A stretch of 64,000 nucleotides of DNA from the human T2T-CHM13v2.0 reference genome, Homo sapiens, in NCBI RefSeq assembly GCF_009914755.1, contig NC_060931.1. One strand, given 5' to 3'. This document shows, piece by piece, positions 50,311 through 64,000 of this stretch (positions are counted from its first letter, which is position 1; every line of letters begins with the position of its first letter). A program made the position numbers and the translations under genes. The notes below the pieces were generated by a model. It saw only the letters and a list, made by a program, of their open reading frames with translations. It made no database searches and had not been told where the DNA came from.

Positions 50311-53300
50311 AAACTGCAGATTAGTAGGATTTCATCTGTGACTTAACTTCATGTACTTCTTTAGGAAAGCATGTATTTTGTCACATGGGGCAAGTACTTG
50401 ATTATTAACAAGAATGGTCTTCCTCAACTTCGTGGAAGCAGTGCACACCTCAACACTGTGCATTGCCTCCACGTTTGTGTACATGTACTTAGGAAAGGGA
50501 GCTAGACATTCTCACCTTCATTGAGTTGCTGTGAGGGTAAAATGAGAGTTTGCATTTCATACCTGACACACGGGGGACTTAGCAGATGTTAGCTCCCTTC
50601 CACTATGTCCCCCACTTTCTGAATCAGTCTGTACTTCCATAAATGTATCTTTTCTCTTAGAAGGGCCATCGAGAGGTGGAGGCAGAGAAATGATTCTGGG
50701 GCCAGGGGTCTTCCTCCAGGGCCCTTGTAGTCAGATTCTTTCCTTGTCTTGGACGATCACTCAGATATTTGGATTAACACAGCTAAGAGATACAGTGGCT
50801 CTCTCCATTTCACAGATTAGCAGGACCAGAAAGTCAATATGAAGAAAGCATTTACTGAGTGTCATCACCAAGATGGCAAAATAGAAGGCAACCTGCTCAT
50901 ATCCCCCAACTACAATATGGGTACAAGAATTTTTGTACCCATCTACAGTCAAAAGTCTGTCAGTGGGAGCCTCAGGATTCAGATAGGAGTTTGTGAAACC
51001 CTGAGAGGGCGCAAGACCTAGGAGGGTTGTTTTGAAAGTACAGACCAACACCCAGGTCAGTTGATCTGGTGAGCTTGCTTCCAGGTTCATGCCTGGAAAT
51101 GGCCAAGAAAGTTTCTGCATGGATAGGATCATTCCCCAGCTACAGCAGGAGGGGCCAGAGCTGAGACTGGGACCCCTTGGGGTCTGCCGTTGGCTACAGC
51201 CCTGTTTGGCCTTGAGCTTGCAACCGAAACTATCTGCCAAGGAGTCTAGAAGGAATTGCGCATACTAGAGCCTTGGCAGAAAGACTCGTCTGTCCACTGA
51301 CATCAGTCTCAGCAGTGAACCTGGAAGTGGCCCTGTGGCTCTGCTCCAGCCTTTCTCAGCTGATGTCTCAGTTCAGAGGTGCTCATACAAGGACCCAGAA
51401 GGAGACTTGCCCATATCTCACAACCCAGAAGTCTGAATGTCCCCAACACACTTGCCAACCTCTGTCTCATAGCAGATCCCAAGTGGACTCAGTCTCAGCT
51501 GCACCCTGCCCTCTGCAGCAACCAGGGAACTATCCTATTTGTGCTGAGACCTGCTGGGAGATGTGTACTTGTCTGGCCCAACAAGACAGACTCTTTAGCT
51601 TCCATCCCACAACAGATCCCAAGGACACCCAGACTCAGCTCCAGCCCCTCCTGCTGTAGACAAGAAACTAGCTTATTTGTGCAGAAACTTGCTGGGTGAT
51701 ATAAACCCCTCTGAGCTGAGACTGGGCTCTCCAGTCTCTCATAGCACATTCCATGGGGCCCAGTCTCAGCTCTAGCCCCTACTGCTTCAGTCTAGGAACT
51801 ACCCCACTCATACAGGGACCAGCTGGGTGATGCATGTTCATCTGAGACAATGAGATAGGCCCACCAGCTCCTTCTCACAGCTGATCCTGAAGTGGTCCAG
51901 TCTCAACTCCATCTCCTCTTGCTGCAGTTGAGAAATGCAGAGATCTGCTGGGAGACACACTTGTCTGGGCCACAAGGACAGTTTTCTGGACTCAGGTCCC
52001 TCAGTCCAGTATCTGCCTGGGGTCTTCTCTAGGTCCATCTGGGCTGGAAAGCCATGTCAACCTCAGAGTCCTCATGAAACTCACGGCAAGCCTGGGCTTG
52101 GAGTGTCCTCTAGTGCTGAGATATCTGGCTGCAGTGGTCACAGGCTCAGGGAACACAACAGTCAGTCAGCTTAGAATCCGAAAGGCCCTCTGAAGGACAG
52201 GCACAAACAAAGCCAGAATGCAAAGACTAAAATAAATACCTAATTCCTAAATATGTAGACATTGTTGTACTTCTACAGGCATCAAAAACATTCAGGGAAA
52301 TATGACCTCACAAATGAGGTAAAACAAGGTGCCAGCGACCAACCCTACAGTGATAGAGATGTGTGATCTCTCATACAAATAATTCAAAATAGCTGCTTTA
52401 AGGAGACTCAATGAAATTCCAGAAAACAGAAAATCAATTCAGAAATGTATCAGAAAAATTTAATAGAGACATTGAAAAAATTTTAAAAATCAAAAAATCC
52501 TGGAGCTGAAAAATACAATGAATGAAATGAAAAATGCAATATAGAGCATCAATGGCAGAAGTAATCAGTGACAGATTATTTGGATATACACAGAGGAAAA
52601 AAAAAGGAATAAAAATAATGAAAAAAGCTTACAATATGTATGAGACAACATCAAAAAAGAAAATATTCATTATTGGAGTTAAAGAGGGAACTGAGAAAGA
52701 CAAAGGGGTAGAAAGCTTCTTCAGAGAAATAATAGAAAGCTTTCCAACCCTGGAGAAAGATACAAATACCAAAGCCAGGAAGATCAAAGATCACCAATCA
52801 GATTCAACCCAAATAAGAATATCCCAAGACATATTACATCGAACTTGCAAAAATGAAAGACAAAGAGAGGATTCTAAAAGCAGCAAGAGAAAAGAGGCAA
52901 ATAACATATAAGGGAGATCCAATACTCCTGGCATCAGACTTCTCAGCAGAAACTTTTCAGGCCAGGAGGGAGATGATAATATTCAGAGTGTTGTAGGAAA
53001 AAAATGGCCAACCAAGAATACTGTATCAAAAAAAGTTCTTCAGAAATGGAGAGATAAAGACTATCCCAGACGGACTTTATATTTATAGCAACCAGAACTG
53101 TCCCACAAAAAATGCTAAAGGAAATTCTTCAAACTGAAAGAAAAGGACTCTAACGTAATTATTATAGTAATATTGTAATTGTGATAAACCACTTATATCT
53201 TTGGCCAAAAGACTGAAAGTCAAAACTATTAAAATAATTTTGAAAATAATTTGTTAAGAGACAGGCAATAAAAAAGGGTAATTGGTGACATCAAAAACTG

Positions 53301-55410
53301 TAAATGTGGAGGAAGAAGGGAGTTAACCTGTTTGGGTTGTTTCTTTGCTTTTTTATGATCAAAATTAAGTTGGCATCAGTTTTAAATACCTGTTATAACT
53401 GTAGGATTTGTTTTGTAAGCTTAACGGTAACTACAAAGCTAAAACCTATAACAGATAGACTAAAAATAAAAAGTAACAAAACATACTACCAGAGAAAAAT
53501 CACTTAACCACAAAGAAAGACAAAGAAAGGAAGAGAGGAGTTACCTACAGCTAGTAAACAAGTAACAGTATGGCAGTAAGGCCTTATCTATCAATAGTAA
53601 CATTGAATGTAAATGGACTGAATTCTCCAATTAAAAAAACAAAGAGTAGCTGCATGGATTAAAAAACAAGACCCAACAATATGCTGTCTACAAGAAACTC
53701 AATTCACCTGTAAAGATACACATAGACTGAAAGTGAAGGGATAGAAAGATGATATCCCATGCAATGGAAACCAAAAAAGAGCAGGAGTAACTATATGAGC
53801 TAAAATAGACTTTAAATTAAAAACTGTAAAAAGAGATAAATAGGGTTATTATATAATGATTAAGAGGTCAATTCAGCTAGAGGATATAACAATAGTAAAT
53901 ATATACACACCCAACACCAGAGTACCCAAATATACAAAGCAAATATTAATAGATCTGAAGGGAGAGATAGACTGCAATGCAGCAGTAAGAGGGGATTTCA
54001 GCATCCTACTTTTGACAATGGAAAGATCATTCAGGCAGAAAATCAACAAAGAAACATCAGAGTGAAACTGTACACCAAATGGACCTAACAGACATTTACA
54101 GAATATTTCACCCAACTGCTACAGAATACGCATTCTTCATCAGCACATGGAACATTCTCCAGGACAGACTATATGTTGGACCATGAAACAAGTCTCAACA
54201 AATACAAAAAAGTGGAAATTATATCAAGTATCTTTTCTGACCACAATAGAGTAAAACTATAAGTCAATAAAATGAGGAATGTTAAAAACTGTACAAATAC
54301 ATGGAAATTAAACAACATGTTTCCAGACAACCGGTTGGTCAGTGAAGAAATTAAGAAGGAAATTTAGAAATTTCTTGAAAAAAATAAAAATGGAAACAAA
54401 ACATACAAGAATCTATAGGATACAGAAAAAGTAGTACTAACATGGAATTTTATAGCAGTAAATATCCACATTTTTAAAAAATAGAGACTCCAAATAAACA
54501 ATCTAACTATGCACATCAAGCAACTAGAAGAGAACAAACCAAACCCAAAATTAGTAAAAGGAAAGAAATAATAAAGATCAGAGCAGAAATAAATGAAATG
54601 AGACTAAAAAAATAAAAAAGATCAACAAAACAAAAAGTTGGTTTCTTGAAAAGACAAAATTGGTAAACCTTTAGCTAGACTAAGATAAAAATAAAGAAGA
54701 CCCAAACAAATAAAATCAGAGACAAAAAAGGAAACATTACAACTAATACCACAGAAATAGAATCATTAGACTATCATGAACAACTATACACAAACAAACT
54801 GAAATATCTAGAAGAAATGGATAAACTCCTGAACACATACTCTACCATGATTGAACCATGAAGAAACAGAAAACCTAAACAAACCAATAACAAGTCATGA
54901 GATCAAGCTACAATAAAAAGTCTCCCTTCAAAACTTGGGACCTGCCAGGTTCACTTCTGAATTCTAGCAAACACTTAAGGAAGACCTAATACCAATTCTA
55001 CTCAAATTATTTCAAATAAGTGAAGAGGAGAGAAACTCATTTTACCAGGCCAGCATTATCCTGATACCAAAACCAGACAAACACACTACCAAAAACAAAA
55101 AATAAAAGAAAAAATCAACTGTGGGCCAATATCACTGATGAACATAGATGTAAAAATCCTCCACAAAATACTAGCAAACAGAATTCAAAAACATTAAAAA
55201 GATCTTTCACTAGAATCAAGTGGATTCATCCCAGGGATGCAAGGATGGTTCAACATAGGCAAATCAACAAACATGATACATCACATCAACAGAATGAAGG
55301 ACAAAAAACATGTGATTATTTCAATGGATGTTGAAAAAACATTCAGTTAAATTCAATGTCCTTCATGAAAAAAATCCTCAACAAACTGGGTATAGAATGA
55401 ACATACCTCA

Positions 55411-57997
<2,587 letters not shown>

Positions 57998-58736
57998 AAA
58001 GAACATACCTCAGTGTGATAAGGGCCACATGTGAGAATCCTACAGCTAATATTAAATGGGAAAAAATGGAAAGCCTTTGCATTAAGAACTAGAATAAGAC
58101 AAGGATGCCCACTTTCACCACTTTTATTCAACATAGTACTAGCCAAAGCAATTAGTCAAGAGAAAGAAATAAAGGGCATGCAAATTGGAAAGGAAGAAGT
58201 TGACTTATCCTTGTTTGCAAACAACGCGATCTTATATTTAGAAAAACCTAAAGAGTCCACCAAAAAAACCTATTAGAAGTGACAGATTCAGCAAAGTTAC
58301 AGGATATAAGATCAACATACAAAAATCAGTAAAATTTCTATATGCCAGCAGCCAACAATCTGAAAAAGAAACCAACAAAGCAATCTTACAACATCTACAA
58401 ATAAAATGCCTAGGAATAAATTTAGGAGGTGGAAGACTTCTACAAGGAAAACTACAAAACATTGATTAAAGAAATTGAAGAGGATAAAAAGGGCAAGACA
58501 TCCCATGCTCACTTTTCAGAAGAATTAATATTGTTAAAATGACAATACTACCCAAAGCAATCTACAGATTTGATGCAATTCCTATAAAAATACCAATGAC
58601 AGTTCTTCACAGAAATAGAAAAAAAAAATCCTAAAATTTATATGAAAACACGAAAGACCCCAAATAGCCAAAGCAATCCTGAACAAAATGAACAAAGCTG
58701 GAAGCATCACATTATCTGACTTCAAATTATACTACA

Positions 58737-59030
58737 GGCCAGATGCAGTGGCTCATGCTTCTAGTCCCAGCACTTTGGGAGGCTGAGGTGGGTAGATTGT
58801 TTGAAGCCAGGAGTTCGAGACCAGTCTGGTCAACATGGCGAAACCCCGTCTCTACTAAAAATACAAAAATTAGCTGGGCATGGTCGCGGGTACCTGTAAT
58901 CCCAGCTACTTGGGAGGCTGAGGCAGGAGAATCACTTGAACCTGGGAGGCGGAGGTTTCAGTGAGTTGAGATTGCATCACTGCACTCCAGCCTGGGCAGC
59001 AGAGAGAGACCCTGTCTCAGAAAACAAACA
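58737..59030 (+). mobile_element. AluS within L1 ORF2
   Basis: Alu dimer; TSD caaatta(t/a)actacag. Confidence 0.93.
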
Positions 59031-60564
59031 AATTAAACTACAGAGGTATAGTAGCCAAAAAAGCATAGTACTGGTATAAAAACAGACACATAGACCAATG
59101 GAACAGAATGAAGAACTCAGAAATAAGTCTTTGTACTTAGAGCCAACTCATTTTCAACAAAGGCACTAAGAACACATACTGGGGGGGAAAAGAGTCTCCT
59201 TAATAAATGGTGCTGGGAAAACTGTATATCTGTTTGCAGAAAAATAAAACCGGATCCCCATCTTTCATCATATACAAGTATCAACTCAAAATGAATTCAA
59301 GACTTAAATGTAAGACCTAAAACTATGAATCTGCTAGAACAAAACACTGAAGAAATGCTACAGGACATTGGTTTGGGCAAAGATTTTTTAGGGTAGGACC
59401 GCAAAAGAATAGGAAGTCAAAGCAAAAAATAGAAAAATGGGATTACATCAAGCTAAGAAGCTTCTAGACAGCAAAGGAAGGAACAAAGTGTAGAGACAGC
59501 CTTCAGAATGGAAGAACATATCTGCAAACTATCCATCTAACAATGAATTAATACATAGAATATGTAAGAAATGTAAACAATTCAATAGCAAAATAACAAT
59601 CTGATTTTTTTTTAATGGGCAAAAGAGCTGGGTAAAAATTTCTCAAGACATACAAATGGCCACAGGTAGATTACAAAATGCTCAACATCACTAATCATCA
59701 GGGAAATGCAAATCAAAACCACAATGAGTTATCAACTCACTTCAGTTAGAAATCTATTATCAAAAAGAGAAAAAAATAACAAATGCTGGCAAGGATGCAG
59801 AGAAAGAGGAACCCTGGTATAGTGTTGGTGGGAATGTAAGTACAATAGCCACTATGAAAACAGTATGGAGGCTTCTCAATAAACTAAAAATAAAACTACC
59901 ATATGATCCAGGAATCTCACTGCTGGGTGTATATCCAAAAGAAGTCAATATATCGAAGAGGTATCTGCACTCCAATGTTTACTGTAGAACTATTCACAAT
60001 AGCCAAGATTATGGAATCAACCTGTGTCCATCAACAGATGAATGGATAAAGAAAATGTGGTATATATTCACAGTGAAATATTTTTTCACCACAAACATAA
60101 TGAAATCCTGTCATTTGTAGCAACATGGATGGAACTACATGTTATTGAGCACCAATGTCACATATTTTCATTTATGTGTGTGAGTTTAAAAAGTGGATCT
60201 CATGGAAGTGGCCAGTAGTGGAGAGTAGAATGGTGTTTATCAGAGGAGAGGTACGGAGTGGGGGCAGGGGGAATGAAGAGAAGTTGGTTAATGGGTACAG
60301 AAATAAAATTAGAAGGAAGAAGTTCTAGTATTCAACAGTACAGTAAGAAAATCATAGTTAACAATAATTTATTGTATGTTTCAAAATAGCTAGAAGAACT
60401 GTAATGTTCCCAACACAAAAAGGTAAGTATTTAAGATGACACATATCCCAATTAACCTGATTTGATCATTACACATTGTATACATATATCAAAATATCAC
60501 ACATACCCCAAAAATATGTACAACTATGATACATAAATTAAAAATACAAAAAAAAAAAGGAGGG

Positions 60565-60858
60565 GGCAGGCATGGTGGCTTATGCCTGTAATCCCAGCAC
60601 TTTGGGAGGCCAAGGCAGGGTGATTGCTTGAGCCCAGGAGTTGAGACCAGCCTGGGCAACATAGTAAGACTCCATCTCTACAAAAGTTTTAAAAAATAAT
60701 TATCCAGGTGTGGTGGTGCACACCTGTAGTCCTGACTACTTGGGAGACTGAGGTGGGAGGATCATCTGAGGCTGGGAGGTCAAGGCTGCAGTGAGTCGTG
60801 GTTGCACCGCTGTACTCCAATCTGGGTGCCAGAGCAAGACTCTGTCTCTAAAAAAAAA
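60565..60858 (+). mobile_element. AluJ in the L1 tail
   Basis: ttgcttgagcccaggag, gaggtcaaggctgcag J-type diagnostics. Confidence 0.9.
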
Positions 60859-60884
60859 TCACCAAAAAAGAAGACATAACTTAC

Positions 60885-63800
60885 TGCCAAAGTGAGAAAG
60901 ACAATGGGATAAATTCAGATTGAGACCTATGGTTCCTAGTTCAGGCAACACTTGAAGACAGAAGGGGCCTGTCATAACATGGAGTTGGGAGTTGGTTTTT
61001 TTCCTCTGGCTAACCTAAGCATTGGCTTAGAGGTTATCAGAGTGGGGGAAGACAGAGAATACTTCTCTGAAAGACTCCCTTTGTTTTCCTCCTACAGAGA
61101 GGGTTTCCTTCAGGTTCACATTTGTTATGTCATTGGCTCTGACCATGGTGCTGAATCCTCTGAACTTGAAAATTGAACTCCTACAAAGGTAGTAGATTCA
61201 AACTCTTAGTTGTGAGATGTGCTAGAAGTGATATGGGGAAGTGCAGCACCCCCACCCCCCTTCTGTACTTCTACCAACCTTATCTGCTCCCTTGAGCTCC
61301 TTTTGAGGTATAAAATATAGCGGAAATTTCTGGCTAAAATTTATAGATTCGGATGCTCCCATTTCCTGAACGCCATCTACATAGGAGTAGTTCTTTGAAT
61401 TGTCAGAAAACAACCTGGCCCCAAAGTAAACTCAAGGCAGGCCAAGCACAATATTTTTGCCATTTATGGCGAATGATAAGAGGTATGTCACAGTTCCTAA
61501 GACAACCACAAGGGCTTCTGCTCAGTGTGGGTTTTGCTGACTTCACTGGAGTCAGCAGCAGTGGGCTGCTTCATTGCTGACATTCAGCAAATGTGGGTTT
61601 ATATAAAGCTCTGTCATAGGCTGATCCTCCATAATCCCACAGAATCTGCAGGGAATAGTACTTTCCATGCTAATGTGATTGAACACAGAGAGTACCTATA
61701 TTATGCTAGGCATATGCTAGGAATATGGACCCTGAATCAAGAAGTTTACAGTCTATTTGGTGAGAAAAACGTGCATGTGGGTGATGCAAAGTAGAATGTA
61801 CTATGTGTGTTACCAGAGATCCCATGTGTTAGACCAATAGTGACAGGACAGTGGTCTGTTCTGATCTGGAACCTGACCAGAGGCAGTCCTTAGAGTACTG
61901 AGCTCTGAGCTCGACCTTCCCCTCACCTTTCATTTCAAGTTAGGGGTGGACATATCTGAGTTGGTGGAGTCTGGTCAGCTACAAACCTGTTTTTAGAGAT
62001 GAATTCTGTGCTATGAGACTCTGGTCACGAATCATGGAACTTCTGCTTTCTGAGAGCTTGTGTGGATTGTTTATTCTTCCAAGGACTGTTAACCAGTGAG
62101 AAGATAGTTAAGACAGGCTGGGGCAGACAGTGTTTAATCTGCTTCAGAGACACAAACTGCAGCTCCATCCCACCAGCATCTGCCAACACAAGGCAGAGAG
62201 ATTAGTGTGTGGACGTGGCACAAACAAAGAAAGGGATGCACAGGGATTGGTTTAGGAGGGAGAAGCCACAGGATGAGCCTTTCCTCTAGGGGACCTGGGA
62301 GAGGGTCGAGCAACAGGAGTGGAGGGTCTTGCCTCTCATTCAACATCAAGAGTCCTGCATACCTCCTGGGATCCCTTTCTCAGAACTTAAGGACTTAAGA
62401 GAGAAGGTGTGGTATGTTGAGCCAGACATTAACTTTGTCTAGGAGAACAGCATGGGTTTTTAGCAGCATGGAAGGGTGGCACTTGCGATCAGTTTAGCTG
62501 CTTAAGCCAGTATCCTGAGCTGAGAAAGGCCTGAGGAGCAGAGTTCTGGGCACAGTACAGGAAAACCCCTCTCAGTGCCTAGAGAGTACCTGGAGCAGGG
62601 TAGGTGCTAAATAAATTTTTACTGAACTGAATTCTTGCTGAGCTACTAAAGGAGAGGTGAACAGCTGCTTCTAAGGGCTGATACTATGCTCCAGAAAGCA
62701 GAGGAATGTGTCACATGTCTGGTCTTTTGGACTCACAGCAGACCTCACATTCTATAGCACTGAGGGGCTCCTGCTGCTGGGACAGAGACATGAGCTCAGG
62801 ATCAGCTCTCCCAGGGACCCAGAACGCAGCCCATCTTCACCAGCCATAGCACCTTCAGATAAAAAAGGCCAACACATATGTCCACAAGTCCTCTTTTTCT
62901 CTGTCACTTTCACTTCCCAGACATTTCGAGGTACTGCTATTGACCTTCGCTTCTATATTGGGAAAATGGGGCTAGTGGGTTTTTTTTTTCCATGCCCATC
63001 AGGACCCTTCCAAGGCCATTTCAAAGTAATTCGCAGGTAAGGTACCCACAAGAATCTCTTATCTGTTGCCTCTTTTCCTTTGGAACTCAGTTCATAATTT
63101 ACATTTGTGCCAGCCTCTTTCCCATCCAAGTTTCTAATTTTTTGTTTTTTGACATAGAAAGCTGGTAAGTGAGCTGGATTAGAACAGGAGTCCATGTACA
63201 ATCCACACTTTGTGCCTTTGTCCTTGTTCTCTTGCCTGCCTTTGACCTTCCTCTCTGGCCTGTTCAGTCACAGGAAGGAAGAGAGAGGCAGCTATCTGCA
63301 AGAGCAAAAATGCCTCTTACAAAAGCATACCCAACGGCTGTCCTTTTTTCCAAGACCAGTTCTGACAGCTAAGAAGGCTGACACCCAGCTGGCATCCTCT
63401 GGTACCTTTGTCCTGTCACCTCCTGCCACACCAAGCCTCTGGCACAGTATTGGTTACCAACTTCTGTCAGGCCTGCACCATCTTCTGCCCAACCCACAGT
63501 GGGTGGCATCCAGCATGTTCAGGGTTGATACAGATTGGTTCAGGGCCATAATTTTGTGGACTTTTTTTTTCATGAATGCAGAATTTATAGGTGATAGAAG
63601 CACCACTATGTTTCTATCCTCCTCCTCTTTGACTTCCTCCTGTGACTTTTGGTGAACAAGGTCCTCATCCACCTACAGACCCCTTTCATCTCCAGGAGGA
63701 AGGGCTGTGTGCCTCCTGCCCTTCGTCTCCACTCTGGCTGTAGAAAGTGCTAATCCTGAGACAGCAAGTCTGCACAGTTTGGCCCAAAGCTTCCTGGCCG

Positions 63801-64000
63801 CACCCACATACCAGGGCAGTGCCAGCTTGCTCCCTTCTAAGGCAGCATCTATTGTTTCCGTACAGTGGGCAGGGTTGGCCATTCGGTGCAAGGCCACCTG
63901 AGTGGAAAACGCCTCTTCAAAACAGGGTGGCTTCAAAACAGTTGACTACACTTTGTTCTTTGGCCCCTGAAGAGGAGAGAGAGAGTAAATGAGAGGTGTG
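60885..64000 (-). pseudogene. Unique, exon-like decayed sequence; candidate upstream exons of the fossil gene (60885-61180, ~61278-61646, 62737-64000)
   Basis: ctacctttgtag|...GGCA|gtaagt (60885-61180); ttccctgcag acceptor near 61646; GCT|gtgagt donor at 62731-62736; stacked minus-strand ORF pieces 62953-63201, 63454-63672, 63673-63936. Confidence 0.35.

Overview
Primate (human-like) genomic DNA dominated by interspersed repeats: about 27 Alus, several L1s (one near full-length L1MA-type, ~50.87-60.56 kb), a complete THE1A element, MLT1/MLT2/LTR33/ERV1 solo LTRs and hAT/Tc1 DNA-transposon relics. I find no intact protein-coding gene. There are three retrocopies: a full-length ZNF131 processed pseudogene (minus, ~34.6-39.4 kb) broken by three Alus and an ERV1 solo LTR; a chimeric retrocopy joining a complete histone H4 CDS to the 3' end of ARMCX2 mRNA (minus, ~17.95-19.02 kb); and the polyadenylated 3' end of an unidentified retrocopy at the window start. 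The unique-sequence islands between repeats carry exon-like segments on the minus strand with mostly canonical splice sites, compatible phases and stops explicable by C>T changes. They suggest a large, unidentified, decayed multi-exon (unprocessed, possibly unitary) pseudogene spanning most of the window, with the ZNF131 copy inserted into one of its exons. Family and gene assignments come from recalled consensus and protein sequences, not database searches, and repeat boundaries are approximate.
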